Origin: Octopus vulgaris
Lineage: Eukaryota
Direction of reading: 5' to 3'
Assembly (NCBI GenBank): GCA_951406725.2
Contig: OX597820.1
Location: forward strand, 14,508,001 to 14,572,000
DNA: 64,000 nucleotides
The notes beneath the pieces were generated by a model that was not told where the DNA came from, did not search any database, and saw nothing but the letters and a program-made list of their open reading frames with translations. Both the position numbers and the translations under genes were made by a program. Below, piece by piece: positions 22,001 to 34,490 of this stretch; within the stretch, counting starts at the first letter, position 1, and each line of letters opens with the position of its first letter.

Positions 22001-23309
22001 CAACAGAGTGTTTATAATAACCCTATCTACTATTGGCACAAGGCGCACACACATGACTGGCTTCTTTCCGTTTCTGTCAACCAAATCCACTCACAAGGCT
22101 TTTGGTTGGCTTCAGGCTATAATAGAAAACGCTTGCCTGCCATGCAGTGGGACTGAACCCGAAACCATGTGGTCGGGAAGCATGCTTCTTACTGCCTGCA
22201 CATGCATGTAAATTTTCTGGCTGTGTTCTCCCATTCAGTTGCTTTTACTTTCTTCTGCCGTTCTTCGTTGCCTTGGTGCTGCCAACATTTTCTGCAAACT
22301 TGCATTGAACAATAAGGAAATATATTTCCTTCCTTCAGCTGCCATAACGTATTTGACAACCAATGGTAATGCACATCAGCTTTCTCCTTCTTTGTCAGCT
22401 GCTTTGAAGAGTTCTGGCATCGGTTTGGAAATTCTGACAACCTTCATTTGAGCATCTCTTTCTTCCAGCTTCATCAATAGATTTTCCTCTCAACTTGGAA
22501 GATTTCTTTTTTTTTTTTTTTTTTCAAATATTAAAGTCAATAGTTCTTTAAATTCTCTTTGACGTTAGAATAGTTCCAAAATTGGTTCCTCCCTCCCCAC
22601 CTCTTCTGTTATAATGCATTTTGAAAAATTCTACGAAGTGACAACCTATCAACTGGGTGTATAAAGTGTAAATTCCTATCGATTTTCAGTGACCCTTTTC
22701 TCTTCTTTTTTTTTTTAAAAATATTTTTTTTTCCATCCAAGTACTTATTTTTCACACAACTGACTCTGCAATTTTGAAATAATATTTAGTTTCTAATTTC
22801 ATTTTCTGATATCGTCATCATCATCACCTCTACTATCATCACCACCAACTCCAGCACCATCATCACTACCAACATCACCACCACCACCACCCATCTTCAT
22901 CACCACCACCATCATCATCAATCATTGTCATCATCATCATCTTCTTACACCACTATGTCGAATCTCTTGTCTTTCTTATGTTTCGGTCACAGGATTGCAG
23001 CCATGCTGGAGCACCACCACGAAGGGCATAGTTGACCGAGTTCAGCCCCAGTACTTATTTATTATCCTGTGTACGTAAGCGAAAGCAGGGTATTGTAATC
23101 ACTCGGCTTTGTATGTTTGTCTGTGTGTTTGCAAAATTCCTGGAAAATGGTTCAACAGATTTTCACCAAATTTGGCAGAAATACTCATTGGATGAGTGGC
23201 TCAAAATGATGAAAATTTGGTTTGATTATCTTCAAGCATACATAGATATGTGACTCCGTGCGTGTGTGTGTAGAGTAATTGATTTGAGCATTTCATTTAG
23301 TTATGAGTT

Positions 23310-23730
23310 CATCATCATTATCATCATCATTGTTTAACGTCCGTTTTCCATGCTAGCATGAGTTGGACAGTTCGACTGGGGTCTGAGAATCCAGGGGGCT
23401 GCACCTGGCTCCAGTCTTATCTGGCAGTGTTTCTATGGCTGGATTCTCTTCCTAACACCAACCACTCCGTGAGTGTAGTGGGTGCTTTTTACGTGCCAGG
23501 GGAGGCTAGCAACAGCCACAATCAGTTGGTGCTTTTTACGGTCATGCAAATGGCACCCATGCCACCTGTGCATCCATTACACTCATGGAGTGGTTGGCGT
23601 TAGGAAGGGCATCCACTCTTAGAAAACTATACCAAATCAGACAGGATCCTGGCACAGCCTTCCAGTGTGCCAGCCCAGTCAAACCGTCCAACCCATGCCA
23701 CCATGGACAGCAGATGTTAAATGATGATTT
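23310..23730. mobile_element. Inverted (head-to-head) pair of family D copies
   Basis: About 23310-23500 on minus and 23560-23730 on plus. Confidence 0.8.
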
Positions 23731-23774
23731 CTTCATTTCACTGGAATGTAAATACCTATAATGGTGATGCTTAA

Positions 23775-23994
23775 CCCTTTCATTACCAACCCAGCTGAAA
23801 CCGGCTCTGGTTCTGAGTTCAAATGTCTTATTTTCATAATATTTGAATTAAAATCTTCCACCAAACCTTAGTCACAACTTATGTTCCTAACACTAGCTGA
23901 ATGATAACAAAATTATTTTACCAAATTTTTTGTTGTATTTAAAGTAATTGAAAGAATAACAGAGTATCTCAAAATAAATACAGTAACAAAAGGG
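23775..23994 (+). mobile_element. piggyBac-type MITE family E, intact
   Basis: TTAA-CCCTTTcaTTAC ... GTAAcaAAAGGG-TTAA; 220 bp. Confidence 0.9.
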
Positions 23995-24908
23995 TTAAAG
24001 AACAAAATTTCCGATCATCAAGTTTAGTCAAACCCTTCCGAAGCTTAATTCAGTTCAATTAAAAAACATGGGTAAGCAAAACAATTTATCTACACGCAGG
24101 GTGTGCATTGCTCCCTCCGATACCATTTTTACCATTAACTCTTTTTCTTACCCTATCAAACTCTTTTGCGAAACTGTTAAGTCACAGAGACACAAACAAA
24201 CTCATACCTGCACTCAAGATACAGGATAGATATATATATAGATATGTTCATCAGCTGTAAGCAAATGGAATAAACATCCACTGACTCACCTCGTGTCTCT
24301 CATATTTTCTATTTATATACATTCTCTCTACGATTGGATTGCTTGGATTTTCAGAACAATGCTAAGGTTAACCTAACCTCTATCACAGGTCGTCCTTGTT
24401 AGCCGTGCACCTGGCAGCAAGTTTAATGTGAAATCTGTTTGATTCTTTCAAACCCTATTACTACTATGATATGTGTGTGTGTGTGTGTGTGTAGGTATGT
24501 ATGACTTGGAAGGGTCATTATGCCAATAATAACACACACACACTGGTTCATATCACTTCTTTACTGTTAGTCAGTTGGTTAAATATCTAACCAACTAATT
24601 AATTGATCATTTGCTTAATGTGCTAGATATACAATTACACACACACACACACACACACATACATCCTTTCTTTTGCTCAGTCATTTGACTGTGACCATGC
24701 TGGGGCACCACCTTTAGTTGAAACAGATCGATCCCAGGACTTATTCTATGTAAGCCTAATACTTATTCTATTGGTCTCTTTTGCTGAGCTGCTATATATA
24801 TATATATATATATATATCACTTTTTTACTGAGCATATAACTAATACATTCCATGTTCACATCCTCTTGTTTGTTATTCTTATTTTCAATGTTTGATTTTT
24901 CGATTAGA

Positions 24909-24952
<44 letters not shown>

Positions 24953-25358
24953 GTGTGTGTATGTATATGTTCTAATTACTAATAAGCCACCCTTCTTAAT
25001 TTGTTGTGTTTTAATTATATATATATATATAATTAAAGGATATACTAAGGATGTCTACCTGCTGGAAATAACAGTCAAAACTCTTATTTAAATCTCCAAA
25101 ATACACTGATAATAACTACTACAGAAATCAACTGTCAGAAGGCAAAGGGGCCAAGACAATCTCCCAGCATACATTCAAGTATTTGATATTTTATATATGT
25201 ATATATATATATGACAGGCTTCCACACAGTTTCTGTCTATCAGATTCACTCAAAGGCACTGATTGGCCCAGAGCCATAAGTAGAAGGTAGTTGCCGAAGG
25301 TGCTACACAGTGGGACTGAACCTGAAATCACCTGGTTGCAAAGCATTCACTTTCATTT

Positions 25359-25395
<37 letters not shown>

Positions 25396-25799
25396 TCACA
25401 TTTCTGTATTTGTCTTCTATTAAACCTTCTTGTCCTTAGCTCCTCCTCCTCCTCCTCTTCCCATTACCCTTCTCCTTCCTTGTTTCTTTCTTTCTACCCC
25501 ACCCCCAAATTCCCACCCTTGGTTTCTCCCTTCAACCAAACATTTCCTGTCCCACCCCCTTTTCTCATAAGGTGACAGGGAAACAGTATATTGACAGGAC
25601 TGTTTTCTAAGTACTATTTAGTTGGAAAAGAGCCTGATTGTGTAGCAGCAGATAAATATTTCCTGTGTAGGACCATGGTGGGAGGAGAAACCAACAAGGT
25701 GAGATGATTCAGGTGGTGGGGGGAGGAAGAGAGAGAGAGAGAGACAAGCAAATAGTGTTTGCATGTATAGCTATTTAGAGCCTTAAAGGTTTTGTGTTA

Positions 25800-26370
25800 T
25801 TCTTTTATTTGTTTTGGTCATTTGACTGTGGCCATACTGGAGTATGGCCTTTAATCGAACAAATCGATCCCATGACTTATTCTTTGGAAGCCTAGTACTT
25901 ACTTTATTGGTCTTTTTGTTGAACTACTAAGTTACGAGGATGTAAACACATTAACATCAGTTGTCAAGCGATGGGGGACACACACACATCCATGCTTACA
26001 CGACAGGTTTCTTTCAGTTTCCATCTGCCAAATCCACTTACAAGGGTTTGGTCAGCCTGAGGCTATATAGTAGAAGACACTTGCCCAAGGTGCCATGCAG
26101 TGGGACTGAGCATGGAACCATGTGGTTCATAAGCACTACTAACCACACAGCCAATCCTATGCCTATATATATATATATATATAATATACATGCACACACA
26201 TACACGATGGGCTTTTTTTAGTTTCCATTTACCAAATCCACTCACAGGGCTTTGGTTGGCCCGAGGCCATAGTAGAAGATACCTGACCAAGGTGCCACAC
26301 AGTGAGACTGAACCCAGAACCATGTGGTTGATAAGCAAACTACTTACCACACAGCCACTGCTGTGCCTAT
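25800..26370 (-). mobile_element. SINE family B: full copy plus an adjacent head fragment
   Basis: About 25800-26165 and 26200-26370. Confidence 0.8.
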
Positions 26371-26479
26371 AGCCACGAGACAATTCTGTTTCATTTCCTT
26401 CTGAATGGGTTACTTTTGGCGCTAGTGAGTGGATTGGTAGGTCCATCTTTTGGCGGGTAGATGTCTACTTCTAAGTGTG

Positions 26480-26935
26480 TGGGTACGCATATGTAGATCG
26501 GTATTGGTGTGTATATGTTTGTCTACATCCACCTGTGAATGCATACGTAGGTGTGTGTATGCATAGATCAATATTTGTGTGCATATGTGTGTGTGTGTGT
26601 GTGTATCAACGTGTGAATGAATACCTGGGTGTCTGGGTATGTGGTCTACATGGGTATGTTTGGTTTTACATGTGTGTATGTATATAAGAGGTGTATATAA
26701 TTTTGCGCATGTCTGTAAGATTCTTTGTGAATCTTAATGTGTATGTGTATAATTGTATGTATGTATGTATGTATGTGCATATGTATGTATATATGTATAT
26801 GTGTTTGTGTGTATGTGTGCATGTATGTATATATGTGTGTGTATGTATATGAACGTATGTATCTATATGTATGTATGTGTGTATGTGTATATGTGTGTGC
26901 GTATATGTGTGTGCGTCTATGTACACACACATAGG
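26480..26935. repeat. Cryptic (TG)/(TATG) microsatellite
   Basis: Low-complexity tract. Confidence 0.9.
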
Positions 26936-27355
26936 TATTTGTCTAAACAAATCTTACCACACCCAATAATATAGAGAACCTGTTTCCATTCTTCCCTTCA
27001 TTCTCTCTCTCTTTTTCTCACCTATCATTTTTATATATTTTTTTTTTTCACCTTTTGTTCAGGGAAAGTTTGCAAATGGTTTGTTTATTCATCGACTTTT
27101 TCTCTATTTCTTTTTTCTTAGATTTTATTTTCTTACACCTGTTTTGACCCCACCCCACCACCACCTGCAACGCCACCAACCAACCAACCAACCACTGCTA
27201 ACAAAAATATCCTCCTTTTCTATGTATGTATGTTACCTGTTCAACTCATTTTAAAATTGATAACAACATAAATATATAATTAACCAGCTATACAAATGCC
27301 ATCTGTTTAGCTAAATTTCATGTGACACTGGGAACAAAATTTAAATTTCTTTTAC

Positions 27356-27394
<39 letters not shown>

Positions 27395-27395
<1 letters not shown>

Positions 27396-28022
27396 GACAT
27401 TCCGTCTGTTTTTATGTTCTATGTTCAAATTCCGTTGGTGTCGACTTTGCCTTTCATCCTTTCAGGGTCGATAAATTAAGTACCAGTGAAACACTGGGAG
27501 CTGTGTGTACCTGACTAGTCCTCCCCCCCAAAAAAATTTCAGGCCTTGTGCCTTTAGTAGAAAGGATTGGCAGAAAACGTTAGCATGCCGGGCGAAATGC
27601 TTTGCAGTATTTCGTCTGCCTTTTATGTTCTGAGTTCAAATTCTGCCGAGGTCGACTTTGCCTTTCATCCTTTCGAGGGTCGCTAAATTAAATACCAGTT
27701 GCATACTGGAGTCAATCTAATTGACTGGCCCACCCCACAAATTTCGGTCCTTGTGCCTTGAATAGAAAATATTAATATTATTATTATTATTATTATTATT
27801 ATTAAGATGGTACACTGGCAGAATTGTTAGCATACCATGCAAAATGCTGAGTGGCATTTTGTCCATCTTTGTGTTCTGAGTTCAAATCCTGCTGAGCTCA
27901 ACATGGGTCTTTCATCCTTTTGGGGTTGATAAAATAAGTACCAGTTAAGCACTGGGGTTGATGAAATTGACTTACCCACTCTCCACAAAGTTCAGGCTTT
28001 GTGCCTATAGTAGAAAGGATCA
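27395..28022 (+). mobile_element. Three head-to-tail SINE family A copies in (ATT)n context
   Basis: About 27395-27567, 27568-27770 and 27803-28022; a fourth at about 28390-28595. Confidence 0.8.
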
Positions 28023-28024
28023 TT

Positions 28025-28364
28025 GCTGAGACCCCCTTCGGTCATGACTGACCATGGGATTGGATGTATAAAGTTCCCCTCCCAGGCACAAGTCCAGGCA
28101 AGGTTGTTTTATGGAAGACTAGCAGTCACCCATGCATACCAGCCTCTCCTCTCCACACCACTGATGTCATCCAAGGGAAAGGCAAGGGCTGATTCAGCTT
28201 GGCACCTGTGATGTCGCAGCTCATTTCTACAGCTGAGTGAACTGGAGCAACGTGAAATAAAGTGTCTTGCTCAAGAACACAACATGCAGCCTGGTCCGGG
28301 ATTCAAACTCACAACCTCATGATTGTAAGCTCGACGCTCTAACCACAGAGCCATGTGCCTTCAC
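28025..28364 (-). mobile_element. SINE family C with an 11-bp TSD
   Basis: aaaggatcatt at 28014-28024 and 28365-28375. Confidence 0.9.
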
Positions 28365-28599
28365 AAAGGATCATTATTAAGGTATTATTAAAGTGGTGTG
28401 CTGGCAAAATTGTTAGTAGCATTTCATCTACTTTTACATCCTAAGTTCAAATTACTCTGAGTTCAACTTTGCATTTCATCCTTCTAGGGTTGATAAACTG
28501 AGTCCAAGTTGAGTACCAGGGGCTGATGTAATTGATTAGCAAGCACCCTCGCTTCAAAATTTCAGACCTTGTACCTGTTGTAGAAAAGATCATTATTAT

Positions 28600-28788
28600 T
28601 CAGTTCTATATTTAAGAGATGAGGAATTATGTACATTATTTACATTATTTACATTTGATGAATATTTGTCCTCATCTTGTTTGTTGTTAACACGTTTCAG
28701 CTGATATACCCTCCAGCCTTCATCAGGTGTCTTGGGGATATTTTGAACCTGGGTTCTCATTCCTAAGGTATTTTCTGATGTTATTATA

Positions 28789-28822
<34 letters not shown>
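28600..28822 (-). mobile_element. Short Penelope-like repeat (family P) with an (ATT)n flank
   Basis: Reverse complement of 15850-16026. Confidence 0.65.
28689..28731 (-). ncRNA. Minimal hammerhead ribozyme motif (family P)
   Basis: GACAC-CUGAUGA-A-GGCUG...CAGCU-GAAAC-GUGUU; stem I intact, but the GUU triplet present in the 14326 copy is missing. Confidence 0.55.
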
Positions 28823-28823
<1 letters not shown>

Positions 28824-28877
28824 GCCATATGCCTGTGGGCATATGGCATAGTGTGGTTGGTAAGCAATATATATACT

Positions 28878-29288
28878 ATTTTTTACTCTTTTACTTGTTT
28901 CAGTCATTTGACTGCGGCCATGCTGGAGCACCGCCTTTAATCGAGCAACTCGACCCCGGGACTTATTCTTTTTGTAAGCCCAGTACTTATTCTATTGGTC
29001 TCTTCTGCCGAACCACTAAGTAACGGGGACATAAACACACCAGCATCGGTTGTCAAGCAATGTTAGGAGGACAAACACAGACACACACACAACACATACA
29101 CATATATATATATACATATATACAACGGGCATCTTTCAGTTTTCCGTCTACCAGATCCACTCACAAGGCTATGGTTGGCCCGAGGCTATAGTAGAAGACA
29201 CTTGCCCAAGGTGCCACGCAGTGGGACTGAACCCAGAACCATGTGGTTGGTAAACAAGCTACTTACCACACAGCCACTCCTGCACCTA
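28878..29288 (-). mobile_element. Full-length SINE family B
   Basis: Complete head, microsatellite and tail; inserted in (TA)n. Confidence 0.9.
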
Positions 29289-29840
29289 TATATATATATA
29301 TATACACATATGTATTTTATTTTATCGTATTTTATTTTTATGCTGCTGGAACCTTTGGGTTTCAGATGACATTGAATCATTATCAATGAAAGGGATTTTT
29401 GAATGGTGTGTCGTTTCTGGACTGTTCCTTGTTGCCTGAAGACTGGTTCATTATCTCTGTTGTTTTAAAATCTTGGTTCCCACCCAACAAAGTCATCCTT
29501 TGTAGAAAACTTTCTTATGACAAACAGACAGACAATGGGTGTGAAAACTGCTCTCCTCACCTCCCCCACCTCTTGTTTCTCATGGTGGGTGTGTGTGTGT
29601 ACGAGAGAGCATGTGAGAGAGAACATGTGTGTATATATTCGTTTGTGCACGTGTGTAGAATATATTTGTATGTATGGAAATGTATTTGCATAGATATGTG
29701 TGTGTGTATATGTATGTGTGTTATATTTGTGCGTAATTGTGTGTGCGTGCATATATTTGTGTATGTCTGTTATATTGGTATATGTGTGTATAGTTATGGA
29801 TAGATGTATGTCTCTCTCTTTCCTCTCCCTCCCTCCCTCC

Positions 29841-29883
<43 letters not shown>

Positions 29884-30237
29884 CCTCTCCTACAAACTAC
29901 AGAGATTAAAGGAAGCAAAGCATTCACCAAAAATGAAAGAGCTTCAGACATGATCAATTGACTTTGCCATCACTTTTTGCAACTCTGGGAAGGAAACGAT
30001 ATGCCGCCATAATACATGACAGATTCTCAAAGAGTCTTGTTCCAAACTTTGACATACAAGACAAAAAGCACAAAATGGATGAGATACACTGTCAGGTTCC
30101 AGGACTTCTCTTTCTATAACTTTTGGCTTAAAAAACGTATGCATCAAGAATTTGTCATTTTAAGGTTCCCAACAGTTTCCCAGAAACTGTTGTCTTCCAG
30201 AGGGATTGCAAACAATGACCAAGATTTTTTCATTAGG

Positions 30238-30846
30238 GTGCATGCCTGGTTGTGTGGTTAAGAATCTTTTCCTGACCATGTGGTCTTGGGTTCAGTCCCA
30301 CTGCATGGCACCTTGGGTAAGTGTTTTATGCTATAGTCCCCAGGTCCATGAAAGCCTTGTCATGACCATGTGGTCTTGGGTTCAGTCCCACTGCGTGGCA
30401 CCTTGGGTAAGTGTTTTATGCTATAGTCCCCAGGTCCATGAAAGCCTTGTCATGACCATGTGGTCTTGGGTTCAGTATACTGCGTGACACCTTGGGTAAG
30501 TGTTTTATGCTATAGTCCCCAGGTCCATGAAAGCCTTGTCTTGACCATGTGGTCTTGGGTTCAGTCCCACTGCGTGACACCTTGGGTAAGTGTTTTATGC
30601 TATAGTCCCCAGGTCCATGAAAGCCTTGTCATGACCATGTGGTCTTGGGTTCAGTACCACTGCGTGACACCTTGGGTAAGTGTTTTATGCTATAGTCCCC
30701 AGGTCCATGAAAGCCTTGTCATGACCATGTGGTCTTGGGTTCAGTCCCACTGCGTGACACCTTGGGTAAGTGTTTTATGCTATAGTCCCCAGGTCTATGA
30801 AAGCCTTGTGGTTGGATTTGGTAGGTAAACAGACCCTGACAGAAGC

Positions 30847-30882
<36 letters not shown>

Positions 30883-31165
30883 ATGTATCCTTGTCTTGTC
30901 ACCTTGTGATGGTTGTAAATGATGATGGTGATGATGATGATGCTGATCATCATTGTCGTCGTTGTACACATGATCTTGTTCATTTTTAGTCTTTCTTGAT
31001 AAACATGTTTGGCCGTAGGGAAATATTGCCTTGCTTGGAAACAGGTAAGGATTGGAAACAGGAAGAGCATCCAGCCATAGAAAAGCTCTGCCTCAATAAC
31101 ACACTCTTGTCTAACAGATGCAAGCATGGAAAGTGGATGTTAAATAATAACGATGATGGTGATGA
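30238..31165 (+). mobile_element. SINE with family B head and family J tail, internally amplified
   Basis: Head at 30238, tandem array, (CT)n(GT)n, then the J module ending gttaaataataacgatgatg. Confidence 0.7.
30273..30808 (+). repeat. 90-bp tandem repeat x6 derived from the SINE B head
   Basis: Units start at 30273, 30363, 30453, 30542, 30632 and 30722. Confidence 0.95.
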
Positions 31166-31200
31166 CTTACAAAGGGTTTCTTGATGTTCTTCTCTCTAAT

Positions 31201-31580
31201 ACATCATCATCAGCATCATTGTTCGACTGTGGTTGAGACAATGGAATTTACCATGCTACGCCAGACTTCACGGTCCATCATGGCATTACGGAGGTCCTGT
31301 TGCTGGATGCCTGTATCCCTGGAGATTACATCAGGGTAGGAGAGTGTGCGCCCTCTGGTATCGCAAGTCGATGGCTTCCAGAGGAGAAGAGTAGAAATTA
31401 CTTCTTTTTCAGCTCTACAACAATGTCCAGCAAACTGGACTCTCCTACCTTTCACAGGAGATGACACAGGTGGTAGTTTCCCATATATTTGCATTTTGGT
31501 TGGATGGCGCTTCCACGAGAGATTTTGAGCTCTCATAAGGAGGCGAGTGTAGGTTCCATCCAACTGCCTCTCAAACTTCT
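31201..31580 (-). mobile_element. 5'-truncated RTE-clade-like LINE 3' end
   Basis: Open frame LDGTYTRLLMRAQNLSWKRH...RRVQFAGHCCRA...LLLWKP...AMMDREVWRSMV* typical of the post-reverse-transcriptase C-terminus of RTE/RTE-X ORFs; the stop is followed directly by a (TGA)n tail. Confidence 0.85.
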
Positions 31581-31688
31581 ACTATATGGCTCTCTAATGC
31601 ACAAGATCAGCCATCTTCAAAAACAACTGTTAGGCCGAAGCAGAGCTGCAGGCACCATTTCATTGATCTGCCAATTCAAGATATCATC

Positions 31689-33180
31689 TGCCCTGAAATA
31701 CTGAACAAAAATATTGCCCCCCACCTCCACTTCCTGGGCATAAAAGAATATTCAATTTTATGAGCCGTGCTCTAGCATGGCCTTCAATGCCATGTGCCCT
31801 GAAATACTGAACAAAAATATTGCCCCCCACCTCCACTTCCTGGGCATAAAAGAATATTCAATTTTATGAGCCGTGCTCTAGCATGGCCTTCAATGCCATG
31901 TGCCCTGAAATACTGAACAAAAATATTGCCCCCCACCTCCACTTCCTGGGCATAAAAGAATATTCAATTTTATGAGCCGTGCTCTAGCATGGCCTTCAAT
32001 GCCATGTGCCCTGAAATACTGAACAAAAATATTGCCCCCCACCTCCACTTCCTGGGCATAAAAGAATATTCAATTTTATGAGCCGTGCTCTAGCATGGCC
32101 TTCAATGCCATGTGCCCTGAAATACTGAACAAAAATATTGCCCCCCACCTCCACTTCCTGGGCATAAAAGAATATTCAATTTTATGAGCCGTGCTCTAGC
32201 ATGGCCTTCAATGCCATGTGCCCTGAAATACTGAACAAAAATATTGCCCCCCACCTCCACTTCCTGGGCATAAAAGAATATTCAATTTTATGAGCCGTGC
32301 TCTAGCATGGCCTTCAATGCCATGTGCCCTGAAATACTGAACAAAAATATTGCCCCCACCTCCACTTCCTGGGCATAAAAGAATATTCAATTTTATGAGC
32401 CGTGCTCTAGCATGGCCTTCAATGCCATGTGCCCTGAAATACTGAACAAAAATATTGCCCCCCACCTCCACTTCCTGGGCATAAAAGAATATTCAATTTT
32501 ATGAGCCGTGCTCTAGCATGGCCTTCAATGCCATGTGCCCTGAAATACTGAACAAAAATATTGCCCCCCACCTCCACTTCCTGGGCATAAAAGAATATTC
32601 AATTTTATGAGCCGTGCTCTAGCATGGCCTTCAATGCCATGTGCCCTGAAATACTGAACAAACACACTACCTCCCACCTCCACTTCCTGGGCATAAAAGA
32701 ATATTCAATTTTATGAGCCGTGCTCTAGCATGGCCTTCAATGCCATGTGCCCTGAAATACTGAACAAAAATATTGCCCCCCACCTCCATTTCCTGGGCAT
32801 AAAAGAATATTCAATTTTATGAGCCGTGCTCTAGCATGGCCTTCAATGCCATGTGCCCTGAAATACTGAACAAAAATATTGCCCCCCACCTCCACTTCCT
32901 GGGCATAAAAGAATATTCAATTTTATGAGCCGTGCTCTAGCATGGCCTTCAATGCCATGTGCCCTGAAATACTGAACAAAAATATTGCCCCCCACCTCCA
33001 CTTGCTGGGCATAAAAGAATATTCAATTTTATGAGCCGTGCTCTAGCATGGCCTTCAATGCCATGTGCCCTGAAATACTGAACAAACACACTACCTCCCA
33101 CCTCGTGGACATAAAAGATAGAATATTCAGTTTTGAGGGCTGTGCTTTTCACATGACCTTTGACATAACGACTGAAACAT
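31689..33180. repeat. 106-bp tandem satellite: 13 near-identical units plus one diverged terminal unit
   Basis: Units start at 31689, 31795, 31901, 32007, 32113, 32219, 32325, 32430, 32536, 32642, 32748, 32854, 32960 and 33066. Confidence 0.97.
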
Positions 33181-33974
33181 ATTAACATAGCTATCATCAT
33201 CATCATGGCTGTGTCATTAAGAAGCTTGATTTGCAACCACGTAGTTCCATGTTCAGTCCCACTGCACAGCACCTTTGGCAAGAGCCTTCTACTATAGCCC
33301 TGGACCAACCAATACCTGGTGAGTGTATTTGGTAGAGGGAAACTGTGTGGAAGACCATTATTGTGTGTGTGTGTCTCTATGTTTGTCCCCACTGCTTCGA
33401 AGGATTTAGCTGACCAAATAAACCTCAGTACTTATTTATTATCAAGTCTGGTATTATTTTAGCTGACTCTTTTGGAATGTAAACAAACCAACATTGGCTG
33501 TAAAGTAGTGGTGATGGGGACAAACACCACACATACACACACACACACAGGCTTTCTACACTGTTTCCATCTACCTAATTCACTAATTCACTCGCAAACG
33601 CTCTCAAAGTGTGCAAGGCCCGGGGCTACAATAGAGGACACCCGAGGTGCTTCACAGGGGGGCTGAACCTGAAACCACACAGCCATTTCTTCTTTCTTCC
33701 TCAGCTCCCCTGATGTTTTCTGTAAAGTGGTTCAGACCTCTTAAGCCAAGCTCTCTCTTTCTCTTATTTTTCATTTTGTATTTTTCCATTCCTCTGGCAT
33801 CCTTTATCTCTTTTGTTGTTGTTGTAATGAACTGAGGTCCCTGATCCTTCGGTTGTTCCCCACCCCACCGACACACTTCACATTTGAGGAGGTGGGGTTT
33901 CTCTGCTGTTTCTTTCTTACTTCCATCTCTCTCTAACTATGACCTTTTCTTTGTGGATCTACTTTTTTTATTTT

Positions 33975-34490
33975 GCACACATACCTCTACACACACACAC
34001 ACACACACATATACATATGCACGCATAAATGTATACATACACATACAAGCACACACACACATATATATATATATATACATGCGCATACATGCATGCATAC
34101 ATATATATGTATACACACATACATGCAAGCATACATATATATATATACACACACACACACGCATATATATATATATATATGCATAAATACATTATATATG
34201 CACATTTTATACATATATATACATACACATACAAGCATACATATACATACATACATATATATATATATACATACATACATACAAGCACACATGTACATGC
34301 ATTCATACATACAACCCTATACATACACATACATACATATGCATACACAAGCATATACACACACACACACACACACATATTTACCTGCATCTGCGAGTGT
34401 GTTTGTATCCCCCCCACACTCACACACACACACACATATCTACCTGCATCTGCGAGTATGTTTGTACCCCACCAACACACACACACTGAC
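33975..34490. repeat. Cryptic (CA)/(TA) microsatellite ending in a 59-bp duplication
   Basis: tacctgcatctgcgagt(g/a)tgtttgta at 34382 and 34441. Confidence 0.9.

Larger units (their letters stand above)
23061..24130 (+). mobile_element. Helentron-associated-like element carrying nested insertions
   Basis: 5' attatcctgtgtacgtaagcgaaagcagggtattg plus gtatgtttgtctgt microsatellite and cagattttcaccaaatttgg; 3' subterminal inverted repeat tacacgcagggt then a T-run; it splits a family B SINE. Confidence 0.55.

Noticed and set aside
22200-22500. Coding-like purine-rich minus-strand segment
   Set aside because: Frames are interrupted or unrecognisable, with no clear splice sites; may be an old transposon relic.
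23742-23752. miR-1-like TGGAATGTAAA
   Set aside because: Only the first 11 nt match, and there is no precursor hairpin.
30206-30828. Repetitive ORFs (MTMWSWVQSHC...)
   Set aside because: By-product of a 90-bp SINE-derived unit; the frame is broken in unit 3.
31689-33180. CRISPR-like array
   Set aside because: Units are contiguous and near-identical with no unique spacers; no cas genes; eukaryotic context.
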